This document shows, in pieces, positions 13,963 through 27,626 of a stretch of 64,000 nucleotides of DNA. Source of the stretch: Octopus vulgaris (Eukaryota); assembly GCA_951406725.2 (NCBI GenBank), contig OX597821.1:30442001-30506000 (forward strand), in the 5' to 3' direction. Every line of letters starts with the position of its first letter. Position 1 is the stretch's first letter. The position numbers were made by a program, and so were the translations under genes. The notes under the pieces are model-generated. The model worked only from the letters and a program-made list of their open reading frames with translations, did not search any database and was not told the DNA's origin.

Positions 13963-14378
13963 AATGGCTTTAGCTTGGCAGGTCATACCGGGAAGTTCAC
14001 TTTCAATCTTGAAGAAATATTGAGGAAATTTCTAAGGATAATGGACAACAATTGCTAGAACATAGATATAAAAATCATTATGGTGATATGAATTATGATG
14101 ATAGCAAATATCAAAATTAGCTTGCTTACAGCATTGATAATAGTGGTACAAAAATTAGGACTCATAACATGTATCAAAAATTATATTCCAGGTAAAACAA
14201 AAGCTAAATGCCCAAAGAACTGTATTGTTTCCTATAAATGCTCCGGTTAGTATCTGGACTATACGCATTTTCACTCAGTATTTCCTAATATTTATGTACA
14301 CACACACTCACACACACACACATACACACACATATATATATATGCACACACACACATACATCCACATATATATATATG

Positions 14379-14437
<59 letters not shown>

Positions 14438-14667
14438 TTAATAAGGGTGAGAGAATTAGATACTAATTTAATAGTATATTTATTCCACACCAAGTGGCCT
14501 AGTGCTACGAGAAACCTGGATTATTATAATATTTTATAACATATTATAATATTTTCACAAAATAAATATAAGAGAGTGGTCACTATATTGATCACTCTAG
14601 CACCAGTTAATCCAAAAGGTTTCAACCACGAAAAATACATGTTTCCCATAAAAGCCGGTACGACTGT

Positions 14668-14712
<45 letters not shown>

Positions 14713-14717
<5 letters not shown>

Positions 14718-14900
14718 GGAAAGTTTACGGAAATAAACAAAAGACAAAGGCAGGTGGAGTACAAACAAACAAGTGTATTAGTATAGCGCTCAGGAATAGA
14801 AAAAGTCTTTTACGTTTCGAGCCTACGCTCTTCGACAGAAAGATACACAGAAAAAAAAACAAGGAGAGAAACAAGGAGAGAAAAAATGCGTGTAGGAGCT
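14713..14900 (-). mobile_element. Short Penelope-like repeat (family P1) between (TA)n tracts
   Basis: Homologous to 42947-43049 and 54230-54392; carries an HHR motif. Confidence 0.7.
14806..14843 (-). ncRNA. Minimal type I hammerhead ribozyme, core variant CUGUCGA
   Basis: UCUUU-CUGUCGA-A-GAGC(GUAG)GCUC-GAAA-CG-UA^AAAGA: 5-bp stem I, 4-bp stem II, palindromic ACGU stem III. Confidence 0.7.
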
Positions 14901-14902
14901 AT

Positions 14903-14954
<52 letters not shown>

Positions 14955-15016
14955 GTTAGAGATGCCACGACAAACATCTCAAGTCATATACGTTATTTTT
15001 ATTGGAAAAATTCAAA

Positions 15017-15075
15017 GTCTTACAGATATTTCTATGAATATTCCACAGTATAGAATATATTCCGCTCTCGGAAAC
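15017..15075 (-). ncRNA. Decayed hammerhead-like motif in a Penelope-like repeat (~14950-15450)
   Basis: GAAA-UAUCUG-UA^AGAC with a stem II-like hairpin; the CUGANGA core is mutated. Confidence 0.3.
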
Positions 15076-15491
15076 AAATAGGGAAAATGAGAAATGTATA
15101 GATTGATGAAATGCCGTCACAGACGACGGGAGAAAAGCAATAAGGAGATGAGGAACGAGAAGAAAAAAGAAGCATAAAATCCTGAGGTGTAATCATGTGG
15201 AATTCCATGTCGGTTAAAGTCCTAATAGTGTAAATATCCAGAATTACATGCGAACATATCAACGTTCAATAACAGGATATTAGCGGAGGTGGTTATTAAA
15301 TGGAAATAAAAGAAAAATAAATAAATAGAAAGAGAGTGAGGGAGGAAATAAAGGATTCGCATTAAGGATAAAATAAGATATATCAAGAAATAGCGAATAA
15401 GAATATATTGTATGAAAATAATCAAGAGGTTCTTTATTTCGTGGGCAACTAACACCTAGATTCGATTCCGGGCAGTGGTCTGAATAATAAT

Positions 15492-15534
<43 letters not shown>

Positions 15535-15544
15535 GTAATAAAGG

Positions 15545-15887
15545 GTAAGGGTAAAGACCCCCTTCGGTCATGAATGACCATGGGATTGCACCTAGAAAGT
15601 TACCCTCCTAGACACAAGTCCGGGCAAGGTTGTTTATAGAAGACCAGCAGTCGCCCATGCATAACAGCCTCCCCTCTCCACGCCACCAGTGTTATCCAAG
15701 GGAAAGACAAAGTCGATACAGCTTGGCACCAGTGACGTCGCAACTCATTTCTACAGCTGAGTGAACTGGAGCAACGTGAAATAAAGTGTCTTGCTCAAGA
15801 ACACAACACGCAGCCCGGTCCGGGATTCGAGCTCACAACCTCACGATCGTAAGCTCGACGCTCTAACCACTGAGCCATGCGCCTTCC
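15545..15887 (-). mobile_element. SINE family C (tRNA head + conserved central domain)
   Basis: Minus strand GAAGGCGCATGGCTCAGTGGTTAGAGCG...GTTGCTCCAGTTCACTCAGCTGTAGAAATGAG; second copy at 21790-22106. Confidence 0.85.
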
Positions 15888-15980
15888 CTAATAATGATAA
15901 TAATGATAATAATGAAAATGATAATAATAATAATAATAATGATGATGATGATAGTAATAATGATAATAATAATAATAATG

Positions 15981-16020
<40 letters not shown>

Positions 16021-16065
16021 TAATAATAATAATAATAATAAAAATATTAATAAAAATTATTTTTT

Positions 16066-16334
16066 ACTCTTTTACTTGTTTCAGTCATTTGACTGTGGCC
16101 ATGCTGGAGCACCGCCTTTAGTCGAGCAATCGACTCCAGGACTTATTCTTTGTAAGCCTCGTACTTATTCTACCGGTATCCTTTGTCGAACAGCTAAATT
16201 ACGGGGCCTCACAATGCTTTGGTCGGCCCGAGGCTATAGTAGAAGACACTTGCTCAACGTGCCACGCAGTGGGACTGAACCCGGAACCATGTGGTTCGTA
16301 AGCAAGCTACTTACCACACAACCAATCCTACGCC

Positions 16335-16335
<1 letters not shown>
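16066..16335 (-). mobile_element. SINE family B, internally deleted
   Basis: Head and tail match the other B copies; the middle is missing. Confidence 0.85.
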
Positions 16336-16395
<60 letters not shown>

Positions 16396-16455
16396 GTAAT
16401 AACAACATCAAAAGATACCATAGGAATGAGAAGTCAGGTTCGAAATTTCATTAAG

Positions 16456-16499
16456 ACACCTGATGAAGGCTGGAGGGTTTATCAGCCGAAGCGTTGTAT
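16456..16499 (+). ncRNA. Degenerate minimal hammerhead ribozyme
   Basis: ACAC-CUGAUGA-A-GGCUG(...)CAGCC-GAAG-CG-UU^GUAU; A15.1 is G and stem I has one mismatch. Confidence 0.55.
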
Positions 16500-16740
16500 T
16501 AAAAATAAAAAAGGTGTGGACAAATATCTGTCAAATGTAAGTAATGTAAATAATTTATATATCCTCTCTATCGGAAATCTATACAGTCGCCATAACTACC
16601 GTCTCGGGTATAACCTTGGAGCCCTGGTCATCCGTTACAGCATTTACCTAGTGTACCGAGTCGTACGATATACTTTATATGTACGTATGTATGTATGTAT
16701 GTATGTATGTATGTATGTATGTATGTACGTATGTATGTAT

Positions 16741-16945
16741 GGGACTTAAACGACATGCAAAGGTACACGAAGCCCAGTTACAAGCCCAGTACAGCTGGCT
16801 ATTACCAGTAAAGGTTTTAGTTGCCAATTTTGTACAAGACATTGTAGATCTTTAGCTGGGCTAAAAAGTCACATTCGATCACAGCACCAGAAACAGTTAA
16901 GCTTTGTGCAATGGCCATACTCGATAACGAGGGAGCAGCCATAAT
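16741..16945 (+). mobile_element. 3' end of RTE-type LINE with C2H2 zinc finger
   Basis: GLKRHAKVH, then after a frameshift FSCQFCTRHCRSLAGLKSHIRSQH, then a short 3' end GGCCATACTCGATAACGAGGGAGCAGCCAT and microsatellite. Confidence 0.65.
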
Positions 16946-16946
16946 A

Positions 16947-17160
<214 letters not shown>

Positions 17161-17799
17161 ACTCTCATACACATGTACTCTCCCCCTCACGCGCATTTCT
17201 CTAGATCGTGCTGTATTTACATAATAATATAACGCTGAGGTGCCAGTTACCAAAGCTGTGATCAATAACGAAGCTTTATCAACTAAGAAGAACTGAGTTT
17301 ACAATTATGTCTATATTCTTCTAGAAAACCATTGGGGCTGATACACTCGGTGAACATGAAGGGGACAAAATCCATAATTCTTTGACTTACAATGAGAAAG
17401 CGGTGAAGAAGATGTCGCAGAAGATTCTCCAAGGTCATGTGAATGTCGTCAGTCGAAGCCCCAATATAATGAGTAGCTATCATAGATAATAAATGGGACG
17501 TGGCATGCGCTAACAAAAATATGATGGCAAAAGGCTACTAAAAATTTGGATCAAAATAAGCAGAAAATATAAATAAGGAAGTGAAAATATCGTTGGAAAG
17601 ATATGAAAAATATTCGGCAGCATCTTATGCCGTGTTTGGAATAACACAACATGTAAGATATACGATGCAATGAAAGTGAAAATGTGGGTACTGAAATTCC
17701 TCCATTATATTTCAAAATATAATAGTACGACAGTCCCCATTTTGTTTACCAAAACATACTTGATTAAAAGTGACAATCAAGTAGCAGATACATAGAGAC

Positions 17800-17849
17800 A
17801 CAAAACACACACGCACACACACACACACACACACACATATGTATAAGTA

Positions 17850-17914
<65 letters not shown>

Positions 17915-17931
17915 CATATATATATATATGC

Positions 17932-18001
<70 letters not shown>

Positions 18002-18180
18002 ATATATACATATACATATATATATATACATATACATATATATATATACATATACATATACATATATATATATGTGCACATATTTATGTATGTATGTATA
18101 TATATATACATATACATATATATATATATATACATATACATATACATATATATATATATATGTGCACATATTTATGTATG

Positions 18181-18230
<50 letters not shown>

Positions 18231-18417
18231 AGGAAGGAAGGACAGAGACAGAGAGAGATATGCGTGTGTGTGTGTGTGTGTATCTACTTACACCCTAGTC
18301 ATCAAACGAAATATTTGTATAAATCAATTTGCAGTTCAATTCAATAAAAAAAATATTTTTGCAAGTAGCACAACTTGATATGTGTGTGTGTGTTTATTTA
18401 TAGATATATGTATTTAC

Positions 18418-18453
<36 letters not shown>

Positions 18454-18502
18454 CTATGTGTGTGTGCGCTTATGTCTGTTTGTAACTATACACTCACAGA
18501 CA

Positions 18503-18550
<48 letters not shown>
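17800..18550. repeat. Large (TA)n/(CA)n/(TACATA)n compound microsatellite
   Basis: Direct reading. Confidence 0.95.
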
Positions 18551-18552
<2 letters not shown>

Positions 18553-18943
18553 CATATACACGCCCAATCAATTAACTTTTTCAAAAAAAAAAAAAAGATT
18601 GGCTCTGACACATTACAAGAAAAGTGAAAGTACATATAAAAGTATTGAAATGTATTTTAAATTATTGGAAATTGATACCAATGAAATGTGTCTGTGTTTC
18701 CTTTTATGTATTGAAATCGTTTGAGATAATTCTTCTCAAATGATGAAAAATATAATAACGAAAACAGATAGCAAAACTAAAAGCAACAAAAACTGATTTG
18801 AAACTAAATGTAATCACAAAAGATAAACACGATTTTAATGGGTAATTTTGGCAAGCACTGTTTCTTATTTCTAGTAATGAGTTGAAAGTGACCTGAGTGT
18901 CTGAGTGGCTGGTAATATATATATGTATATATATATATGTGTT

Positions 18944-19029
<86 letters not shown>

Positions 19030-19259
19030 CTATATATATTAGCAGAGAATGAGAAACATTTTATGAGAGCAGTGAGACCCTCTGCTGGGTCACTTAGTCT
19101 GTTAGAAACAGCAGTCGAAGGATATATAGATGCGATAATGATTAAGGTAACTTGTCCCTATTGTTTGCTTAATATTCTGTTACAAGATACGTTCCATTTT
19201 AAAAGGAGCTGAAATGCTGATGACATGATGAAGAACTGCCTCATTAGAACTTCATAACT

Positions 19260-19700
19260 GCTGAGTTTGTTAAATTGTCATACCAAATTAAACAAAGTAG
19301 GACATATTAGATACTATGACACTACAACTCCTTAAGCAACAAAGTATCTAGCTCTACCTCCACTAATGAGTCTATAATTTACCCGGCTACGGACGGTATT
19401 CACGCTTCCTCTATGCTTCCACCGACACATGGACCTAAACGAGATCGCTAACCTATTTAATTTCCGATAAAAGCACAACCGCAACAATCATCATTGCTAC
19501 GCACCCCGTACACCTCTTACAGACCCAATACCGGAGTGTATGCAATATCATATGTGGAAGTCCCCACCTTCAATATGACTGGATTTCGTATAGCCTGGAA
19601 CGTCTGACTATCTCTGTTCCTTTAGTGTGAATTACTATCTGTCCATGCAATTCTACTATAACTACAAATGCATGCATTTCTTTACGCACCAGCTAGGTTG
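19260..19700 (+). pseudogene. Possible Penelope-like GIY-YIG endonuclease remnant
   Basis: NTGVYAISYVEVPTFNMTG at ~19527 resembles GVYxIxCxxCxxxYIGxTG; very decayed. Confidence 0.3.
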
Positions 19701-19755
19701 CTTGCAAATGTAGGTGTACCTGAACCAATGTTATATACTCTGTTAAATAACAACT

Positions 19756-20146
19756 TACTCTTTACTCTTTTACTTGTTTCAGTCATTTGACTTCGGCCAT
19801 GCTGGAGCACCGCCTTTAATCGAGCAACTCGATCCCGAGACTTATTCTTTTGTAAGCCCAGTACTTATTCTATCGGTCTCTTTTGCCGAACCGGTAAGTG
19901 ACGGGGACATAAACACACCAGCATCGGTTGTCAAGAAATGCTAGGGGGACAAACACAGACACACAAACACACACGTATATATATTTATATGACATATATA
20001 CGACGGGCTTCTTTCAGTTTCCGTCTACCAAATCCACTCACAAGGCTTTGGTCGGCCCGAGGCTATAGTAGAAAACACTTGCCCAAGGTGCGACGCAGTG
20101 GGACTGAACCCGGAACCATGTGTTTTGTAAACAAGCTACTTACCAC
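19756..20146 (-). mobile_element. SINE family B, near full length
   Basis: High identity to 44496-44920. Confidence 0.9.
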
Positions 20147-21132
20147 GCCGTCACCAGGCAAAAATTTCCTAAGTCATCTATCACACTGACGCTCTTGATA
20201 ATACTTCCGATATTCCATATCACTTGTCTTACGAATTGCGCGAAGGCGGCTTTGGAAGTAATCACACATTTTCAAACTGAACCCGACCTTCCTCGTGACC
20301 CATCAATAGCCGTTTCCGTTCACTATGAATCGCATTTATTCATCTTTGCCTTACATAGACTTACACACACTGGTTACCTTCGATCCTGAAACTCATACAT
20401 CTATATATAGATAACTACGAACGATCAAACTACCATTGACCAAACCCATACATCTTGGTACTGTTGCTCCTGCTTACTATTTATTGCTGCGTACCTTAGA
20501 CATCTAAATCTTTTTTTATGTTTGTAAATTCAGGTGTGTTTGTCTTATATTTTTTAGATGCAAGTTTCTTTTCAACGTACCAATTTTCATAGGGACTTTA
20601 CTGTTTTAAGCGCTTATCACTGTTTCCAGAAAGTTTTAATAATTTCTTGTTTACTACATCCTTTATCAACTGTTGAGACTGATATTTCATTATAGAAAAC
20701 CATGATAACAACATCTGGTCGATGAAGCTTGAAAATCCTACTTGTGTGTATTGACATAAGTTTGTGTACGATCTCATTGTCAACTCTCAGTGACATTTTG
20801 TACCAATTCATTTGAGTATGTATTTAATATTGTTGGCACAGGTTCCTGTGTTTATTGGTATTTCCCTCTTAGCTAAGACTTGGTAGATAGAGAATAGTGT
20901 TATTAGATGCTGGACACATCTCTACCTATTCTCTTGTTACTACATGTATAATACTTCGTTTGATGTTTGTTAGAGAGAAGACACATATCATCTGTTGAAA
21001 GCATAATCCTTTCGTCTTTGGCTCTGTATCCTACTGTCAGTATTTTTATCATTTCACTATTTCCATTCCTGTCGTCACCCTCCACCCCTTGCTCTTCTGC
21101 TGCCGCTCCTCTCCTCCTTCTCTATCTTTTGA

Positions 21133-21310
21133 TTCTTCTTCTTCTTCTTCTTCTTCTTCTTCTTCTTCTTCTTCTTCTTCTTCTTCTTCGTCTTCTTCTT
21201 TATCTTCTTCTTCTTCTTCTTGTTCTTCTTCTTCGTCTTCTTCTTTATCTTCTTCTTCAAGTTCTTCTTCTTCTTCTTCTTCTTCTTCTTCTTCTCCTCC
21301 TTTCTCTTCT
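21133..21310. repeat. (CTT)n microsatellite with an internal ~42-bp duplication
   Basis: Direct reading; produces the poly-E/K/L/S ORFs. Confidence 0.9.
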
Positions 21311-21789
21311 TCACCTTCTTTCCACTTGTTCCTCTTCTTCCTATGTTCTTCTCCAACTCCATCTTGTTCTCTCCTATTTCTTTTCTTCTTTTTCTTCATC
21401 TTCAAATAGTTGCTTTTATTCTTATTGTCATTATCACTATTTCTCGCTGACATTTTGTTAGCCTTGCTAAAATTCTGTTGCGAGTGTTCTTTGAAGGATG
21501 TCATTTTCAATTTGTATTTTATTTAATAGAAGGTCATTTCTTAAGAATTTTTTGAAAATGTACTCCCACGGGATTTAAAGAACGTGGGATTTTAGTATCT
21601 AAATTTAATGCATAACTTCAACCCTTTCCTTCCAAAGAATACAGTCGTTTCGTTTTCTCTGAATTCAACTCTCAGAACGATTACAGTATGTAGAATGTAA
21701 AACAAATGTGCATGATCACACAAGCACATGACAGACAATCAAGAGAAAAATAAGACCCAGAAGGAAAATGCGGCTTCATATATAACAGG

Positions 21790-22106
21790 TGAAAGCGCAT
21801 GGTTCCGTTGTTAGGGCATCAGGTTCGATTCTCGGACTGGGCTGTGTGTTGCATTCTTGAGCAAGATACTTTATTTTCATGTTACTCCATTTCACTCAGC
21901 TGTAGAAATAAATGAGTTGCGGCGTCGTGGTTCCAAGCTGTAACGGCCTTTGCATTTCATTTGGATAACATAGGTGGCGTGGATAAGAGGTATGGGTATG
22001 AATGGGCGGCTGGTAGTATTCCACAAGAAACGTTTTCCGGATTTATGCTTCGAAGGGGAACATTGTAGGTTTACTCCCATGGTCATTTGTGACCAAGGGG
22101 GTGTCT
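21790..22106 (+). mobile_element. SINE family C, diverged
   Basis: Reverse-complement homolog of 15545-15887. Confidence 0.8.
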
Positions 22107-25100
22107 GCATTCTTTCCTTCTTTCCTTCCTTCCTCCCTTCCTTCCTTCCATACAACATGTTTGACAACATCGTTACATCGGCATAGCACCACCTAAATAG
22201 ATATGAATAACGAAACGATTTTCTTCATAAAAGTTCATTAAAAAGAAAAATAAATCCTGTTGAAAATGGAAAATTCTTATAGCATATTCTTCTGAAGACA
22301 CTCTATCGCAATCTGTTACAAATGCTTGTGAGAAATAACGGGTAACATATGAGCATTGCCAATGAGACGAAAGCTTTCCTCCTTCCATCCAAAGGAGGTT
22401 GAGTAAACAAATCATGCAGGTATTTTAAGTGAAATCATTTCCATTAGAGCAGAGAGTATATATAACATCCTATGTGTAATTTTTGTAACAGACAACGAGA
22501 CGAACGGAGCAAACCGAAATTATGGGAGACACATCTTCCTTACGCTTGTGTCGGAATAGCTAGGAAAGTGGTATAGATAAGCCAATGCCAAAAAAATTGT
22601 AATTCCACCGATATCTGTGGGATTTTTATTCACATTCTAATTTAAAACGCTATCATGAGCATTATGCAAAATATAATGTTTTTGTTAGTCTCAATAGTTT
22701 CAGGTGATATTGTATTTATTAGAGTGTAGTGTTATATTACACGTCAGTTAACATCTTTTATATCATATTTATTGTTATTCTTCGTTTTACTGTTATACAT
22801 ATTTTTTTCTAATTTATATCATTTTTATATTAATCGGACAATTTCTACCCGACAAGAAAAAATTTTGACATACTTTTATTTCTAAGAAAATTATACATTA
22901 TAATGGAAAAAATGTCTGTAAATTGAAAATATTTAGCATATTGCTTTAGGTATATTTGTGTTTTAATACGAAGATATGTGGCTAGAACAATGTAAGAAAC
23001 AAAATTTACGTCATTTCAAAAACAAAAACAATATAATAATAATGGAGCTTAATTAAATATAATTATCTTTTGTTGTTTTTTTTTTTCCTTTTTACTGAAT
23101 TCAGTCAATTTCATATCGTTTTTAATTGCCATAGTGAAGTTGTAATATATTTTGATTTCAGTGATTCGAAAATTCTATAACATAATGCGATTTTGTTGTT
23201 TACCCCAAGGCAAAACCTGAATTAGAAGATTTAAAATTCAGAACCATCTCTGTTTGATTAATATGAAGGCTACATAGTCGGTGCCTTTTATTTAACGATC
23301 GTGTTTTGCGATATGAAAGATAGTTGGCCAGAGCGGCTCATAGTCGTCTACCGTGGAGACACCTAGAGTAGTTGCATTGAAATAAAGATGAATCCTATGC
23401 ACACAGAGATGAGAGTCGTTTGAACCCGTGAACATGTGGTTAGGGAGCAAGCTTTTACCATACGGCAACGCCGGCGCATATATTAACAAATAATAGTACA
23501 TACATTACACATCATATGTAGCAAAATTGGCTTGTAAGATCGATTACAAGTATAGAGAGAGGTACTGATGGGAAACCTATTTCTATTAAATCTATTTTTA
23601 TGTGATTTTGTAGTAACTTTAAGCTGGAACGTCTTGTAAGTTTTGAAATCCTTTTGATTCTGTCAATCTCAAGAGAAACATATCTCCCCACCACACAGTT
23701 AGCAACAGAATTAACCATTAGACTTAGATAAAATAGCCACGCTTCATAAACCCTGCAATATAGATGAGCTTCATTTAAACGTCTTTATAACTGATATACT
23801 GTCCTTTTCTTTTTACAATAGTTTAATAACCAACAGAAATGTGCAATCATTAGCATTACCCAATATGCTGGTTACATTTTCTGACAATAGCAGTTTTATA
23901 AATATGTCCAGAGAAGATATCTTCCACTTATATTTTCATCAGTGAAAATTAAAGTCGACATTGTTGGTTTAAGAAATTTGAATCGAGAAGAATAAAACTA
24001 AATATAGCCATATATGTTCTTCCAATCTCAGCCCTCTAAATAAATCACGGAAAAGAGCGTTTGTTGCATTGCCAACATAGAAAAGAGCAACGTTTTTCAT
24101 TATGTATATCTGGGAAATGTAATTTTATATTCTATAGCCAGTTCTATTGCAATCCATATTTTCCATATTGAAACAAAATTTAATCTTGTTGCAAATGGAT
24201 TTCGTGATGAACACATTGATTTAAAAATATTTTTGTTTATATAGATATTTAATTTTGCAATAAAAAATGTTTTGTATAAGAGCGCTTTATTAACAAATTC
24301 TATATATGAGATTATATTTCGTTTGACCTTAAGAATATTTCATGATAGACCATGATTTAATTGATTTTATAGAAGAAAATAAATATACTTTTAACGACAG
24401 ACTGTTGTTTGTCAACACATAATTTAAAAATACTGTATATTTCTTCTTATTTAATAAAAGGTTAATCGTAATAAGCTTCCGCGAAAATATAAGCGGATAT
24501 TCAATATAAAGCACAGTTTGGCGTTGGAATTCCATACCTCTCATCATTGCCGGTTGGATAAAATTGAAATCAGTCAATAATATAGCAGTCAAGGATCGTG
24601 GGAATTGTAATTAACAAATTTCATCCCCTCGACATTGTTACCTCACAGGTACATTTCTGCTATTAATGTAATGTGAAAAGGAACTTGGCAGAATTTCAAC
24701 TAAGAATGTTATGTAGCATCACTGAATTTCAAAAATCTGTTTATTAATCCCTTCCTTGTTATCAAAATGTTGATCAATCCCGTCAATCACCGACATCAGT
24801 GATCTTGTACCTAAATTAGAAACCATTATTATCGTTACAGTTTATTGATCTCAAGAATCCGTGCAGATGAAATAGACATCGGTTTTATCAATGAATATGT
24901 ATTTATCTCTAATGATCATTTTTTGTTTTCAATCGAAGTACTACTAAGTGGAAGAATCCATTCTGTCGAACCAATACCTTCACTGTAGGCGTTTTTTGCT
25001 TCTCAGAGTTGAAATGTTCAAAACGTACAATCAACCCCACTGGGAGTTGAACTCAGAACACAAAGGTTGTACCCAAATAATTGTTTAATCACAAGGCCAG

Positions 25101-26805
25101 CTGATTTTAAATGAAAGCGGCTGGCTTATTTAATCAGCGCAGTAGTTGATTTCTATTCTATTTTCATGAGACCTAAAGGTTGAAAGATATGTCTGACTAA
25201 AATGAACTCAGAATTAAAGAGCTCGGTCAAATAATGCGTAGAATTTTGCCAATAATGTCAATTTTCCTCTCATTTACACTACTTTTCCTGCTTTAAAGCA
25301 ATGAGAGAACATGATATAATTATAAAGAAATGTCCATTATTTAATTTTATTTTTATTTCGTCAGAATCATAATTAATCCAGATACACGAGTTACAGCAAG
25401 GTGGTGTATATTTTAGCACAAAGAATTCCTGAAATCATAAGCTGTTCAGTGCATTTCAAATCCTTCAGGTTGATCACATCGAATAGAAATATACCTTACA
25501 AGTTAAAATGAAAATCAGATAATTTGTGCAGCTTTGAGGCTTAATCAATTCATAGCAAGCATGCAGAATTTCCCTAATTGATTTTGTACGTTTTACACTC
25601 TTGATCAAAAGATCTTGAAATACCATATCAGAGATATGTGTTAGTTCAGTCCGTGATTATATTCACTCATGAATATCTATGTTTTAGAGATATACAATCT
25701 ATCATCACGCAACTTTCCTATAAGAAACATTTAATGAAATCATAGATTTTTTTTCTTGACCTATTTTCTCTGTGATAATCGACTGATTTCCAGAAAGTCT
25801 TATTACTATTTAATGTATTTTCCAGATTATCATAGAATCGAGGGAAATAATGTCCCAGCATGACCACGGCTTTGAAGCTGAGCATTTAGAACATCTAAAG
25901 ATATTATTCCTTCGGAATATAGAGTACCACTAATTATGATATGAATTCTAACTTGACACAGGGTCACGTATTATGTGATATGCGTTTAGTTAATTAGTTA
26001 ATCTATTCGAAATCGATACCTCACTAGTTCATTTATGTTGTTAACCTCTGAAAAATGTTATGTGAAAAAGAACTTGCCAGAACTTGAAATAAGTATGTTG
26101 TAAGTTATGTAGAATCAATGAATTCAAAAGATAAGTAACTTTGCAGGAGTATTTGCTCGAAAAGCTGATCTCTTCCGCCACACAGTTTATTATATTACAA
26201 CACAGTTATATTTATTGAAAAAAAAACTACTTGGCTGCGAAAGATGAAAGATCATTATAACTACATTCTTGACCGCAAGAGATGAAGAGATTCTTTTTCA
26301 ATATAATTCTACCCAAACGCACCTATGTAAATATTGATGCCAATAATTTCACTGATTTCCACAGCTTTGCTTTACTAATTTATTTCATTATATCTGCTCT
26401 AATATCTATCAATACTAAACTATCAATATTAAACGAAATCAAGTAATGTAACAGTAATCTCAAAAGTACTCATTGAACTCTCCGTCAATAGACGGATAAT
26501 AAAAAGATTCTCCAGAAGAACAATAAATATAAAGAATTTTAAAGACCTTACTTTATTCTTACAAAAAAAAAAAATTATCCATCTTTTATACGTAACAATA
26601 TCAGTGGGTTCAAAATCAAGGAATAGACTCATATGATACAATTTCCGAAACCATTGGCTTAAATGGGTCATTACGACCATAGTCATTTTTTATTACATTT
26701 ATGCACTTGACTTGATGCTATATTCTACATAATACTCCCAGCAGACTTTGCAAGTTTGGACTACAGCCTGCGCAATAGGGGCGCTAATTTTATATCCATA
26801 CAGTA

Positions 26806-27260
26806 TCTATATATATAAAACTCAACTTGAGGGTCTGTGTGTGTATCTGTGTGTGTGTATGTGTGTGTGTGTGTGTGTGTTTAACTTCCCGGCACATCTC
26901 CTCCTAGCCAACAAATCGTAGAACCACCAAAAATGGGTCACTTAAAGTTTAGGCAAATGAAAATTGAACTGCGTTATTTCTGTTCCGAAATTCCCCTCGC
27001 AAGTGCAAAAATCGATAATGTGTTTGTTTAGGCCTTATCCCATGCATTGAATAGTGAACTTTACTCAGTCAGCTGTTTGACGTGAACTCTGTTCACCACG
27101 CGTGCAAGCATGCGTAAATTGCAGGAAAAATAAAAAATCAAGATATCAAAACGAATCGCCGCAAACATTGTAGAAATTGGGGAAAGAAATGAATTTTCGG
27201 TATGTAGCCTGGAGGGATTTTTCGTATTAATCGTTTGGACTTTGTGAACACATACCAATT
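26806..27260 (+). mobile_element. Non-autonomous Helitron-like 5' fragment
   Basis: Starts TCTATATATATAAAACT followed by a GTCTGT/GTGT microsatellite, like the elements at 27262 and 55879. Confidence 0.5.
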
Positions 27261-27261
27261 A

Positions 27262-27626
27262 TCTATATATATAAAGCTGAATTTGTCTGTGTATGGCAGG
27301 TTTGGTAGCCTTCAACTAACACTATCTCCTCCGAGACCCTGCGGCGCAAGTTGACCAAAATTGAGAGTATGATAGAAGAAAGCTTGCTCTTCCTTTCGTA
27401 GACAAAAACATTCAAATCGGACCATGTTAACACCAAAAATTATTTACATCGTAAAGGTGCTTTTTCTATGAAAATCCCTATTTCTTTACGATTTTTTGGC
27501 TGTCGCCATTGTTCGTGTATTTCAACCAGAAAAATGTTCACTTAAAGAGAATATCAAGCTACATAATGCAAAATTTTTACTTTTCGAAAATTTCAATTCT
27601 AAAGCAACGCCGGGTGATACTGGTAG
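27262..27626 (+). mobile_element. Non-autonomous Helitron-like element
   Basis: 5' A|TCTATATATATAAAGCTGA; 3' GCAACGCCGGGTGATACTGGTAG|T (degenerate hairpin and CTAG); no TSD. Confidence 0.65.

Noticed and set aside
16815-16890. C2H2 zinc finger as part of a host ZNF gene
   Set aside because: Single frameshifted finger without a TGEKP linker, followed directly by a LINE-like 3' end and microsatellite.
17764-18378. Many YI/CV/HT-repeat ORFs here and across the window
   Set aside because: Read-through of stop-free dinucleotide microsatellites.
21049-21510. 153-aa Glu/Lys-rich ORF
   Set aside because: Open in several frames on both strands because of the (CTT)n repeat; flanks have stops and no domain.
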